Shown one piece after another: positions 26,982 to 36,613 of a DNA stretch of 64,000 bases. Every line of letters starts with the position of its first letter. Position 1 is the stretch's first letter. The notes under the pieces are model-generated. The model was not told where the DNA came from. It saw nothing but the letters and a program-made list of their open reading frames with translations, and did no database searches. A program made the position numbers and the translations under genes. Source of the stretch: a virus; the IMG/VR virus record IMGVR_UViG_3300049740_000832, one strand, 5' to 3'.

Positions 26982-28214
26982 ATGACAACGATACTTCATA
27001 TCCCAGATTTTCTTTACGAACAAAAGAATACTCACATGACTCATATTGAGGACAAGGTTCTCTATGGTGGTGTGAACGGGACTCGTCAGGCAATCAATGC
27101 ATTGCGTGAACTTCGTGACATGCTTGCGGGTGAGACTAGTTCCAAACTGTCGGTCAAGTGGGACGGTGCGCCTGCAATCTTCTGTGGTCAAGACCCACGC
27201 GATGGTGAGTTCTTTGTTGCGAAGAAAGGTATCTTTGCCAAGAACCCGAAGGTTTACAAGACTAATGACGAGATTGACGCAGACATGTCAGGCGACCTTG
27301 CAGATAAGATGAAAGCCGCACTACGTTACCTTCCTGAACTGGGCATCAAAGGTGTCATTCAGGGAGACTTCTTGTTCTCAAAAGGAGACTTAAAGAATGA
27401 AGATATTGAGGGTCAACGCTATACAACCTTCCACCCCAACACAATCATATACGCAATCCCATACGAACAGGCAGAAGCAGTTCGCAAAGCGCAAATCGGA
27501 ATCGTCTGGCACACAACCTACAACGGAAAAGACTTTGAAAGCATGAAGGCATCCTACGGTGTCGATGTATCGAAGTTCAAGTCTTCAAAGAACGTATACT
27601 CTGCTGATGCGATGTTACGCGAAACTGGTGGTGCGACAATGAATGCAAAAGAGACTGCCGCTGTCACTAAACACCTATCAGATGCGGGTAAGATATTCAA
27701 TAAGATTTCTGGTTCGACTTTGCGTGAGTTAGAAGGTAATCCAGACCTTGCACAACTCATCGAACAATATAACAATACATATGTGCGTGAAGGACAGATG
27801 ATTCCAAACAGTCGTAGTCATGTGACGGGTCTTATTAGATGGATTAATACAAAGTTCAAAGCAGAGATGGACAAGCGTAAATCAGAGAAGGGACGCATGG
27901 TTCAACAGGCAAAGTTGGACGAAATCATGAAGTTCTTCTCCACAAAAAACAAAAAGTCGCTGATAAACATGTTTGAACTACAGAAAAATATTGTATTAGC
28001 AAAACTAAAACTTATAAATAAACTTAATAGTATTGCAAAGTATGATGCATTTGTGCAAACTAAAAAAGGATACAAGGTTCGCACCGGCGCAGAAGGTTTT
28101 GTCGCTATTGATAAATTAGGTGGTGATGCGGTCAAGTTGGTTGACCGCCTTGAGTTTTCGTATAACAACTTCAGTCCAGATATACTGAAGGGATGGGAAA
28201 AACCAAAGAGGTAG
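26982..28214 (+). CDS. Conserved T4-like protein with ligase-type KxDG motif (DUF6267-like)
   Basis: KNTHMTHIED, SVKWDGAPA, QGDFLF, EGFVA, VKLVDRLEFS. Confidence 0.65.
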   Translation: MTTILHIPDFLYEQKNTHMTHIEDKVLYGGVNGTRQAINALRELRDMLAGETSSKLSVKWDGAPAIFCGQDPRDGEFFVAKKGIFAKNPKVYKTNDEIDADMSGDLADKMKAALRYLPELGIKGVIQGDFLFSKGDLKNEDIEGQRYTTFHPNTIIYAIPYEQAEAVRKAQIGIVWHTTYNGKDFESMKASYGVDVSKFKSSKNVYSADAMLRETGGATMNAKETAAVTKHLSDAGKIFNKISGSTLRELEGNPDLAQLIEQYNNTYVREGQMIPNSRSHVTGLIRWINTKFKAEMDKRKSEKGRMVQQAKLDEIMKFFSTKNKKSLINMFELQKNIVLAKLKLINKLNSIAKYDAFVQTKKGYKVRTGAEGFVAIDKLGGDAVKLVDRLEFSYNNFSPDILKGWEKPKR

Positions 28215-28218
28215 TAAG

Positions 28219-28665
28219 ATGGCTAAACCAATGAGCCTGAAAACATTTTTGAATGTGGACTACACCCAAACGGGTGATGAGTTCCAAGCAACCAACGCGA
28301 AGAAAAGAAAACGCGATTCTGGTGAAGGCACTCACGAAGCACTCAGTATGCAACAACGCCTAAAACTCGCGCGCTCTCTCAAGAAAAATAAAGCAAAAAT
28401 TGCAATGGGTCGCAAACGTGCTGCCCGTAAAGTTGCATCTACTGATAAATTGAAAACAAGAGCGCAGAAACAAGCACGAAATACCTTCCTCAAGAAAATG
28501 ACTAAAGGTGTTGAAAAAGGTGAACTCTCAATGGCTCGTAGACAGGGACTTGAGAAACGCCTAGATAAACTGAAACCAAAGATTGATAAACTAGCGAGAA
28601 AACTTCTTCCGAAGGTTCGTAAAGCAGAAATCGCGAAGAAACGAGGAAATCAACAAAGTGATTAA
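28219..28665 (+). CDS. Highly basic hypothetical protein
   Basis: Lys/Arg-rich ORF in the late block. Confidence 0.6.
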   Translation: MAKPMSLKTFLNVDYTQTGDEFQATNAKKRKRDSGEGTHEALSMQQRLKLARSLKKNKAKIAMGRKRAARKVASTDKLKTRAQKQARNTFLKKMTKGVEKGELSMARRQGLEKRLDKLKPKIDKLARKLLPKVRKAEIAKKRGNQQSD

Positions 28666-30175
28666 GAATTTCCAACAATACTTGGTCGAAGAAGAACGTG
28701 AGGTATTTTTCACGTTTGGTCGGATGAATCCGCCAACGATTGGTCATGGCAAAGTTATTGACACTATTGTCAAGAAGTCAAAGGGGTCTGACTATAAAAT
28801 CTTTTTGTCCCAATCACAGGGCGCAAAAGACCCACTGTCGTATTCTGACAAAGTAAAACATATGCGTAAGATGTTCCCAAAACATGGTCGTAACATCATC
28901 GTAGATAAAAAAGTAAAGAATGTATTTGATGTCGCTTCTAAACTGTATGACATGGGTTACAAGAAAATCACGATGGTGGTCGGTGAAGACCGTTTGCGTG
29001 AGTTCGATGTCCTGTTGAATAAATACAACGGTAAGAAAGCAAAACACGGTTTCTATAACTTCGAATCAATCAATATCGTATCTGCGGGTCAACGCGACCC
29101 TGACGCAGAAGGTGTAGAGGGAATGTCTGCATCTAAACAACGTGCAAACGCAAAGGAAAATGACTATCAATCATTTAGTCAAGGTGTCCCGTCAAGTATG
29201 TCAGACCGCGACACTCGCAAACTCTTCAACGATGTTCGCACGGGATTGGGACTAAAAGAAGAACGCTCCTTCAAACGACACATTGACTTGGGTAAACTGG
29301 ATGACACTCGCGAGGCATATGTCGAAGGTAAACTATTTGAATTGGGTGACACTGTTGTTATCAAAGAAAGTGATGAAGTCGGTATCATATCTGTTCTGGG
29401 TGCGAACTATGTCATCGTTGAATGTGGTAATAAGAGACTCCGTAAATGGTTGAATGCAATAGAACTGGTCGAGAAGAAATCACGCCAAGACACAGAGATT
29501 GGTAAGGATGTCAAGGGGACGCAACCCGCAAAGTATTATGCGAAGGATGCTGAAGGCGATGACATGTCAAAGTCAACCAAGAAGAAACGTGCCGCACATT
29601 TCAAGAAAGGTGCTGCAAAAGACGATGATGACCCGTCTGCATACAAACCAGCGCCAGGTGACAAGGATGCAAAGACGAAACCGTCTAAGTATACCAAAGC
29701 ATTCAAGGACATGTATGAAGAGTCAGAACTTGACGAAAGAGTATTTGGTAAGACTGGCCCATTTGGTGGTAAGGGTGGTTCAATAGTTTTACTCCCTGAT
29801 TTGGATAAGAAACTTGACCAAATTATTAACAAAAAAGACTACAGGGATGCGGTTCGTGCGTATCTAAACTTTAGAAGAAAAAACAAATCTGACCCTAAAA
29901 AACAGGGTAGGAGTAGAGAGAATATTGCATTTGACTTTTTCAAAAGTTATGGATTGAGTAGTCCTAGACAAATGATTAAGTATATTGATGGTCTTGTTCA
30001 GAAGGGTAAACTGCCGAAACAATTAGCGATTGCAGAAGTAAGTGAAGACGCAGTAAAACAGGCGAAAGACCGTATCAAATCAGAGAAAGAACGTGATAAA
30101 CAAAAACACGATACCATGTTAGACCGTGCAAGAATCGCACGAGCAAAAGCAAAAAACAAGGCGACAAGACCATGA
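28658..30175 (+). CDS. Cytidylyltransferase-like (HIGH) domain protein with long C-terminal extension
   Basis: FTFGRMNPPTIGH, MVVGEDR, SAGQRDPDAEG..GMSASK. Confidence 0.8.
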   Translation: MIKNFQQYLVEEEREVFFTFGRMNPPTIGHGKVIDTIVKKSKGSDYKIFLSQSQGAKDPLSYSDKVKHMRKMFPKHGRNIIVDKKVKNVFDVASKLYDMGYKKITMVVGEDRLREFDVLLNKYNGKKAKHGFYNFESINIVSAGQRDPDAEGVEGMSASKQRANAKENDYQSFSQGVPSSMSDRDTRKLFNDVRTGLGLKEERSFKRHIDLGKLDDTREAYVEGKLFELGDTVVIKESDEVGIISVLGANYVIVECGNKRLRKWLNAIELVEKKSRQDTEIGKDVKGTQPAKYYAKDAEGDDMSKSTKKKRAAHFKKGAAKDDDDPSAYKPAPGDKDAKTKPSKYTKAFKDMYEESELDERVFGKTGPFGGKGGSIVLLPDLDKKLDQIINKKDYRDAVRAYLNFRRKNKSDPKKQGRSRENIAFDFFKSYGLSSPRQMIKYIDGLVQKGKLPKQLAIAEVSEDAVKQAKDRIKSEKERDKQKHDTMLDRARIARAKAKNKATRP

Positions 30176-30405
30176 ACAGTTTCACTCAATTCATCACTGA
30201 GGCAGATAAAGCACTCACAAAGAAAGCAGAGAAGTCTGGTATCTCATATGGCACACTGAAGAAGGTCTATGACCGTGGTGTTGCCGCATGGAGAACTGGA
30301 CACAGGCCAGGCACCACTCCATCACAGTGGGGATATGCACGGGTCAATGCTTTTATCGTTAAAAAGAAAAAGGGTGGGTTGAACCACGATAAGGATTTAG
30401 CATAA
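30172..30405 (+). CDS. Small basic protein (DUF5824-like)
   Basis: VYDRG.AAW..GHRPG..P.QW.YARVN. Confidence 0.6.
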   Translation: MNSFTQFITEADKALTKKAEKSGISYGTLKKVYDRGVAAWRTGHRPGTTPSQWGYARVNAFIVKKKKGGLNHDKDLA

Positions 30406-31640
30406 TGTCACTCTGGGATAATATCAACAAGAAGAGACAACGAATCAAACAGGGTTCGGGTGAGAAGATGAGAAAAAAAGGTGACAAGGGCGCACCGACT
30501 CCAGACCAAATAAAAAGAGCAAAAGGCGAAGAGATGGAAGAAGGTAAAATGAAACAGGCGATGATGCGCCGACAAGACATGGCGAAACTTGCGAGTCTGT
30601 ATTCCAAAGCAATGAAAGCAATGCCAGGTTCACCCGCACAGAAAAAAATAAAAGCACAAATTGACCAGTATCGTAAGGAGTTAGGTATGAACGAATCTAC
30701 AGAATCTCTAGAAGAAGCCACCGATTTATACAATAAAGGCGGTATACAAATAGTAAGGTTTGCGGCTGGTAAAGGAAAACTAGGAGTTGAGATAACTGTC
30801 AAAAAAGGCACAAGCGCAAGCGAAATTGGTGGCCAAATTATCTTATCTGATGCTCAGTTCAAAAATCTTCAAAGAGCATTACCTAAAATCAAACTTAAAC
30901 AAGGTTTAGGTGAAGCAGTCTCTCCTGCTCAACAAGCTGCGATTGCAATCTCAAAGAAAGAACGTGGTGAGAAACCAAAGAACGAATGTGCATCTGAAGA
31001 TGATTTCAAACCGCATATGATGTATGACCCAAAGACGGGTAAAGGTTACATGGCAAAGAAGTATGAAGACCATGTTCGTATGGACAAGATGGGTTACACT
31101 CACGAGAAACCAGAAGTCAAAGAAGGTAAAGATGACCTCTTCCAAGTAAATGTCAAAGGTGAAGGTGGTGCAACTGTCAGAGCAACAAGTGAAAAAGATG
31201 CAATCAACAAGGCATTTAGAAAACTTGGTATAGCAACAAGGTTTACTCGTGATAGACGATTCATGACCAAAGTTCAAGTTGTCCCTGCTGAGTCTGTCGA
31301 AGAAGTCAAGGAGTCTCGCGCATATCGTGATGCCATGCGTAATATGAGCGCTCGCGGTGCAACCAAAGGTATGGCACGAACTAAAAAAGATAGAGATATC
31401 GAAGCAACCGATGATGACCGTAAGGCAGCATCAAAGAATATTATTATGCAGTTGCGTAAAGCGGCTGATTTACCAACAGGAGCAAACATTGAATTTGACA
31501 GAGGAAAAGGAAAAGTTACTCGCGACCAAGCGAAAACGGCACTGGCGCGTTTTAATGCATTATCAAAACCAAATGAAAAAGAGAAATTCCAAAAGAGCAT
31601 CAAATCTCTTGCAGACATCAAAAAACTTTTAGGTAGGTAA
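30405..31640 (+). CDS. Modular basic protein, probably capsid-internal
   Basis: Short basic modules separated by Glu-rich linkers. Confidence 0.6.
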   Translation: MSLWDNINKKRQRIKQGSGEKMRKKGDKGAPTPDQIKRAKGEEMEEGKMKQAMMRRQDMAKLASLYSKAMKAMPGSPAQKKIKAQIDQYRKELGMNESTESLEEATDLYNKGGIQIVRFAAGKGKLGVEITVKKGTSASEIGGQIILSDAQFKNLQRALPKIKLKQGLGEAVSPAQQAAIAISKKERGEKPKNECASEDDFKPHMMYDPKTGKGYMAKKYEDHVRMDKMGYTHEKPEVKEGKDDLFQVNVKGEGGATVRATSEKDAINKAFRKLGIATRFTRDRRFMTKVQVVPAESVEEVKESRAYRDAMRNMSARGATKGMARTKKDRDIEATDDDRKAASKNIIMQLRKAADLPTGANIEFDRGKGKVTRDQAKTALARFNALSKPNEKEKFQKSIKSLADIKKLLGR

Positions 31641-32174
31641 ATGCAAAGATTCACAGAACACACAGATTGTGGAACTGACGAGTGTTGTGGGACTTGTTCG
31701 TCTCTTATTGAAAACAACATTTTTCGGGTCGGGTCAGAAAAGTATTATGAATACTTCCGTGAAGCACGGGAACAATACTATGCGGGTAATCTCGAACTGG
31801 ATGCCGCAGATGTAGATATCATGGAGTCTAACTTAGGTGAGTTTGCACAATGGCGTGGTGAACACGTTGCACTAGACTGCATCTTTGAAGAAGACAAACA
31901 AGATGTGCCTCTGAATCAACCGAAGAGAGGTGGGCCGAAAAAATACTATGTATATGTTCGTGACCCTTCAACTGGTAATGTTAAGAAAGTATCATGGGGT
32001 GATACCACAGGACTGAAGGTTAAACTCAATGACCCTAAGGCGCGTAAGTCATTCGCTGCCCGTCATAAGTGTGACCAACAGAACGATAAAACTAAGGCTG
32101 CATACTGGGCATGTCGTTTGCCTAGATATGCGAAACAACTTGGTCTATCAGGAGGAGGCAGTTTCTTTTGGTAA
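31641..32174 (+). CDS. Conserved hypothetical protein
   Basis: KKYYVYV...VKKVSWG...RKSFAARHKC...YWAC. Confidence 0.65.
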   Translation: MQRFTEHTDCGTDECCGTCSSLIENNIFRVGSEKYYEYFREAREQYYAGNLELDAADVDIMESNLGEFAQWRGEHVALDCIFEEDKQDVPLNQPKRGGPKKYYVYVRDPSTGNVKKVSWGDTTGLKVKLNDPKARKSFAARHKCDQQNDKTKAAYWACRLPRYAKQLGLSGGGSFFW

Positions 32175-32446
32175 AACCCTATACGGATATCTTCAGTCCT
32201 GACAAATGTGAAAGAGTCAGAACTTTTGGGGAAGATATCCAAGAAATGGATTTGATATGGCATCGTGACTCCTGTAATCGTGAGGTTACTGTTCTCGATG
32301 GTGATAACTGGAAATTGCAACTAGACAATCAGTTGCCTTTTATTATGGAAAAGGGTCGATTGTATCGCATACCGAAGATGGTCTATCACAGAATCATCAA
32401 AGGTAAAGGAGACTTGAGACTGAGAATTTGGGATGAAGTTAATTAA
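32168..32446 (+). CDS. Small cupin-like protein
   Basis: WHRD ... HRIIKG. Confidence 0.5.
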   Translation: MVKPYTDIFSPDKCERVRTFGEDIQEMDLIWHRDSCNREVTVLDGDNWKLQLDNQLPFIMEKGRLYRIPKMVYHRIIKGKGDLRLRIWDEVN

Positions 32447-33113
32447 TGTTCTCTATCGCGGTGGCGGTGGAGGTGAGTTTCTGGGAAGTCTTCTGACGGA
32501 ACACAGTGATGTTGTTACAAAGAAGGTGGAACATGATGAATCAGTTGAGAGATGGTTTCTAGAGAGAAACGATGAAATCTCTCAATATTATATGGATGGT
32601 AGTCAACCTGTATCGGGTAAAGATTGGGATGACACTCTTTGGAACATACGACTAGACCACGGGTATGGTTTTCATGTTCACAAAGAATACTATCGAGACT
32701 ATCTTTGGAATGATTGGAGCGAAACAAAGACTATCTTGCTCCAGTCAAGAACAGAGAAGAGTGTTAAATACATAGACCAACTTGCGAGAGCAAAACTTGG
32801 TCTAGGACAGAATAATCCTGATGGTCACTGGTTGATTCAGAATGGATTTGATGTTGATAAGTTTTGGAATCGTCCGTGGGAGTCGTGTCAAGAACTGACC
32901 GAACTATACAAGAATATGATTCCAGAGGGACATGATTGGATTGGGGTTGACCCATACGATTTGTTCCATAATGATGAAGAGTGGTCAGAGAATGTTCTCT
33001 ATACCATTATAAATTATTTAGGACTGGATGACTCTTTATTTGATGAATGGTCGGTAAAAATAGAAAAATATCGAATAAAGAACAAACAACTTATAAATAG
33101 AACTATAGTTTAA
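32433..33113 (+). CDS. Hypothetical protein with N-terminal Gly-rich loop
   Basis: YRGGGGGEFL (sulfotransferase/P-loop-like). Confidence 0.5.
   Translation: MKLINVLYRGGGGGEFLGSLLTEHSDVVTKKVEHDESVERWFLERNDEISQYYMDGSQPVSGKDWDDTLWNIRLDHGYGFHVHKEYYRDYLWNDWSETKTILLQSRTEKSVKYIDQLARAKLGLGQNNPDGHWLIQNGFDVDKFWNRPWESCQELTELYKNMIPEGHDWIGVDPYDLFHNDEEWSENVLYTIINYLGLDDSLFDEWSVKIEKYRIKNKQLINRTIV
33092..33099 (+). promoter_or_regulatory. T4-type late promoter
   Basis: TATAAATA. Confidence 0.7.
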
Positions 33114-33122
33114 TGGGAAGAC

Positions 33123-33437
33123 ATGGCTAAGGAAACACAATTAGAACGCCTCGCAAGGATTGAGACAGAATCCTCTGTAAGATTTGACCGTCTTGAAGAT
33201 AAGATAGACAAACTTGCGGATGCATTGATTTCTCTTGCTCGTGTGGAAGAGAAATTATCTAATCTTGAAAGTAATAATCAGAATAATTTCGAGCGCATGA
33301 ATAAATTTTCTAAGAAACTAGACGAGATTGAGAAAAAGGTAGACGATAATGCTCGAACCGTCTCAATCATTAACAAGGTAGTATACCTTATCAGTGCAGC
33401 GATAATCGCTGGTCTGGTTAAATTTATGTGGATGTAA
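33123..33437 (+). CDS. Coiled-coil protein with C-terminal TM
   Basis: Heptad pattern; hydrophobic C-terminus. Confidence 0.6.
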   Translation: MAKETQLERLARIETESSVRFDRLEDKIDKLADALISLARVEEKLSNLESNNQNNFERMNKFSKKLDEIEKKVDDNARTVSIINKVVYLISAAIIAGLVKFMWM

Positions 33438-33449
33438 ACGGAGATAACA

Positions 33450-34652
33450 ATGAGAACATCAGATATGAAAAGATTGGGTGAAGCGTGGGCATCCGTGACA
33501 TCCAAGAAACAACAAGGTTACACAGAAGAAGAAATTCGTGAACTGTGTCATTCAAAAGACCACAACTGTGCAATCACAGTCAACCACCCTGAATGGGGTC
33601 TTGGAAAACCTGTCTATGAATCACACGCGATTCCTACAGACGATGGTTTTGTTGAGTGGTATGATGTCCAGTTCAAACATGGTATCGAGGAACGTGTCCC
33701 TGTCGCCGACATGGAAGTCATCGAAGAATCCAGTCATACGAAGAAAGATAAAAAGAAAACTGATGAAGGTAATGCCTTCACAGCAGCATTGCAAGCCGCC
33801 AAAGAAAAAGGTGATGATACATTTGTTGTTGCCGGTAAAAAATATGATGTGAAAACAGAAGAAGCAAGACTTGCAAAAGAAGACGCTTCTAATGATAAGT
33901 CAGATGACGGTGATGGTCTTGATAAGGCCGACCCAAAGGCTGCTAAGAAGAAATTCAAAGACCGTAAAGACAAAGACATCGACAATGATGGCGATGTTGA
34001 TGACTCTGATGAATTCTTACACAAACGCCGTAAAGCAATCGGTAAAGCGATGGCAAAAGATGAAGAAAACGGCGAAGAAGAGAATGGTGGCGAAGAAGAC
34101 GGCGAAGAAAAGAAAGATATGCCAAAGGTCGCTGGTAAAAAAGATGACAAGAAGAAAGTTGCATCTAACGCCAAGACTGCGGAAATCAGTAAAATCGGTG
34201 AGTCAACTGAACAGTTGATTGCGATGCTTGAGACTGCTGCAAAACAACAGAAGTCCAATGCCACCAAACCAGAAGGTATGATGGACAAGGAATCTGGAAA
34301 GTCTAAAGAATTTGCGAATGCTCATAACAAGTCTGACAAGAAAATGGAAGACGATGTAGAAGACGCTAAAGACAAGACTACCAAAGCTGGTCAAGCAACC
34401 AAACCAAAATCTGGTAAACGCCCACAGGACAATGCATCAGGTGATACAAATGTTGTGAAGTCAACCGAAGCGCCTGTCAAAGAAGATACCGCTGATGAAC
34501 TTGTAGCAAAAGCACAAGACATAATCTCTGGTAAGACAATGAGTGAAATTGCTGAACTGGGTCAAAAAGAAAAGAATCCACATGATGCAAGAACAAGAGA
34601 AGCAAGAAAGTTTCTCGAAAGAATGGCAAAACGCCGTGGTTATGTAAAATAA
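33450..34652 (+). CDS. Charged low-complexity late protein with EF-hand-like loop
   Basis: DIDNDGDVDDSD; K/D/E-rich. Confidence 0.6.
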   Translation: MRTSDMKRLGEAWASVTSKKQQGYTEEEIRELCHSKDHNCAITVNHPEWGLGKPVYESHAIPTDDGFVEWYDVQFKHGIEERVPVADMEVIEESSHTKKDKKKTDEGNAFTAALQAAKEKGDDTFVVAGKKYDVKTEEARLAKEDASNDKSDDGDGLDKADPKAAKKKFKDRKDKDIDNDGDVDDSDEFLHKRRKAIGKAMAKDEENGEEENGGEEDGEEKKDMPKVAGKKDDKKKVASNAKTAEISKIGESTEQLIAMLETAAKQQKSNATKPEGMMDKESGKSKEFANAHNKSDKKMEDDVEDAKDKTTKAGQATKPKSGKRPQDNASGDTNVVKSTEAPVKEDTADELVAKAQDIISGKTMSEIAELGQKEKNPHDARTREARKFLERMAKRRGYVK

Positions 34653-34663
34653 GGATGATAAAG

Positions 34664-34990
34664 ATGACAATTAAAGCCCCTGCTTGGTGTGAAAACGCTA
34701 TCCCTACTGCCCGTGGATGGGAAGACCCTGACACTGGTGAATTGTATGCATCTGGTGGTTTCACCCAAGAACAGATTGATGAGTTCTTTGGTGTTACACC
34801 AGTTGTAGAACAAGTTGAAGTCCCTGTGGAAGTTCAGACATTGACCGAAGCACCTGTTGGTGATAAGTCACTTGATGATATGTCAAAGGTTGAACTTGAA
34901 GCATTGGGTCGCCAACATGGCGTAGAACTTGACCGCCGTAAAAAGAAGTCAACCCTTGTTGAAAGAATGACTGGCATACTGAAAGACTAG
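34664..34990 (+). CDS. Hypothetical protein with Rho-N-like C-terminal motif
   Basis: MSKVELEALGRQHGVELDRRKKK. Confidence 0.55.
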   Translation: MTIKAPAWCENAIPTARGWEDPDTGELYASGGFTQEQIDEFFGVTPVVEQVEVPVEVQTLTEAPVGDKSLDDMSKVELEALGRQHGVELDRRKKKSTLVERMTGILKD

Positions 34991-35026
34991 ATAGAGGTAA
35001 TATACCCTCTGTTTGGATTTTTCATA

Positions 35027-35383
35027 ATGCAATTAACAAAAGATAATTTAATAGTATACGCTGCGAAGCACTATTATAATCCTAAATGTATCGACAGTGA
35101 GGAGTTTTTTGAGGACTTAAAAAGATTTAAGTATATCAAAAGACTTCTCAATCGATACAAAACTACAGGTGAGTTGTCTGAAAGACTCATCATTAATCAT
35201 CTCATAGTAATTTTCAACGTATTTGGTCATGAGGCAGGACTAGACATCCTCGAACTCAAGATTGAACTCGACCATTGGGAAACACTCAAACCATTTCTTA
35301 TCTTTCTCAAGGCAATCAAAAACGATATGTATACCAATATTGAAATGGATAAATTAGTCATTGAAAGACTTCGAAACATATAA
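35027..35383 (+). CDS. Conserved T4-like hypothetical protein
   Basis: Y.NP.C...EF.EDLKRFKYIKRLL. Confidence 0.65.
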   Translation: MQLTKDNLIVYAAKHYYNPKCIDSEEFFEDLKRFKYIKRLLNRYKTTGELSERLIINHLIVIFNVFGHEAGLDILELKIELDHWETLKPFLIFLKAIKNDMYTNIEMDKLVIERLRNI

Positions 35384-35386
35384 ATA
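35379..35386 (+). promoter_or_regulatory. T4-type late promoter
   Basis: TATAAATA, 5 nt upstream of the ATG at 35392. Confidence 0.65.
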
Positions 35387-35391
35387 GAACT

Positions 35392-35991
35392 ATGGGTATA
35401 TTAAAGTCAGCAGCAGACCTCGTTTATACGATTCGATTCCTGAAACTTCTCGTAACACCATTCGAGAAGATGGGTGCGTATAAGGCAGGCATCATCGATG
35501 CAGATGGTAAGAAGAATCCAGACTTCAACACTTTGAAGACTGATGACCGTGAGGCATATAGAACACACTATACTCCCTTCATCAGACTTGTTATCAATCT
35601 AAAAAGAATAATGGCAAAGGCGCCAGGCGGTCAATCTGTCATTGCACGTTATGGTGCAGCACTCGCACTCATACGAGAACATGGTGAATTATCAGATGAT
35701 AGAGTGATGCAAATTCACGAAGAAACGGGGATTGATATTCTAGATGTTCTGGTTGAGGACTCCCAGTGGTTTGTGATTGATAATAATGAACTATCGCCAG
35801 GCATATACCGAATGAGATACGATACACTAACTGTTCAATGTGAAGATGTCGTAAAGAAGGATGATAAGATTCGTGTTGTTGAGACCGATGCATCTCCGAT
35901 TGATGAAATTTTAGGTATCAACATATACAAGGGTATCCACGAAAACTCTAAACAGTGGGTATACTTTTCGACAGGGGAGATTACCCGATGA
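35392..35991 (+). CDS. Conserved T4-like hypothetical protein
   Basis: RFLKLLVTPF...AYK.GIID..G. Confidence 0.65.
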   Translation: MGILKSAADLVYTIRFLKLLVTPFEKMGAYKAGIIDADGKKNPDFNTLKTDDREAYRTHYTPFIRLVINLKRIMAKAPGGQSVIARYGAALALIREHGELSDDRVMQIHEETGIDILDVLVEDSQWFVIDNNELSPGIYRMRYDTLTVQCEDVVKKDDKIRVVETDASPIDEILGINIYKGIHENSKQWVYFSTGEITR

Positions 35992-36155
35992 AGAGTTTTA
36001 GAGAATTTATGGGCACATCTGCGGTTGCGGGTGCGGGAGAAAATCCAGAAAAGATTGTCCCTGTCCATATGAAAAAGAAAAAGAAGAAGGATATTGAAGT
36101 CCTCAAAAGATTTATAGATAAACGTGAAGAAAGTAAAACATATTGGAGTAAATAA
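35988..36155 (+). CDS. Small basic protein
   Basis: MKSFREF start; GGAG RBS. Confidence 0.55.
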   Translation: MKSFREFMGTSAVAGAGENPEKIVPVHMKKKKKKDIEVLKRFIDKREESKTYWSK

Positions 36156-36613
36156 TGTTAAGTGGATTATTAGGTAGTGTGTTAGGGTTTGGTGGTTCGG
36201 TTGTCCCTGCTATCACAGACCATTTCAAACAAAAAGGTCAACAGAAGTTTGAACTAGAAAAAATGAAAACTATGGCAGAACTGCGTAAAGCAGGGTTCGA
36301 CCATGAGTTAAGGGCATGGGAAGCACAGGCCGCAGATAATGAACATGATAGGTTAATTCAACATGATATCTCTATTAATCAAGGCACAGGGTTTATTGCT
36401 GGTTTACAGAAGTCAGTTCGCCCTATTATCACATACTGTTTTTTTGGGTTGTTTGCTGTTATTGAGATAACACTCCTAATGGAGGCATTAGAGAAGGGAA
36501 CAGACTTCGCTGATGCAATTAATATTCTCTGGGATGACGATACAAAAGCAATCTTCGCTGCCATTATCTCGTTCTGGTTTGGTTCTCGTGCGATTGATAA
36601 GGCTCGTAGATAA
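36155..36613 (+). CDS. Holin-like protein (3-TM GTA-holin type)
   Basis: SVRPIITY ... IISFWFGSR. Confidence 0.7.
   Translation: MLSGLLGSVLGFGGSVVPAITDHFKQKGQQKFELEKMKTMAELRKAGFDHELRAWEAQAADNEHDRLIQHDISINQGTGFIAGLQKSVRPIITYCFFGLFAVIEITLLMEALEKGTDFADAINILWDDDTKAIFAAIISFWFGSRAIDKARR

Noticed and set aside
28013-28020. Intragenic TATAAATA copies (also at 37996 and 54956)
   Set aside because: They could be chance matches in AT-rich coding DNA and are not adjacent to a gene start
33860-34160. GAAGAA/GATGAC-rich tandem-like repeats
   Set aside because: They reflect low-complexity K/D/E protein coding, not a DNA repeat element
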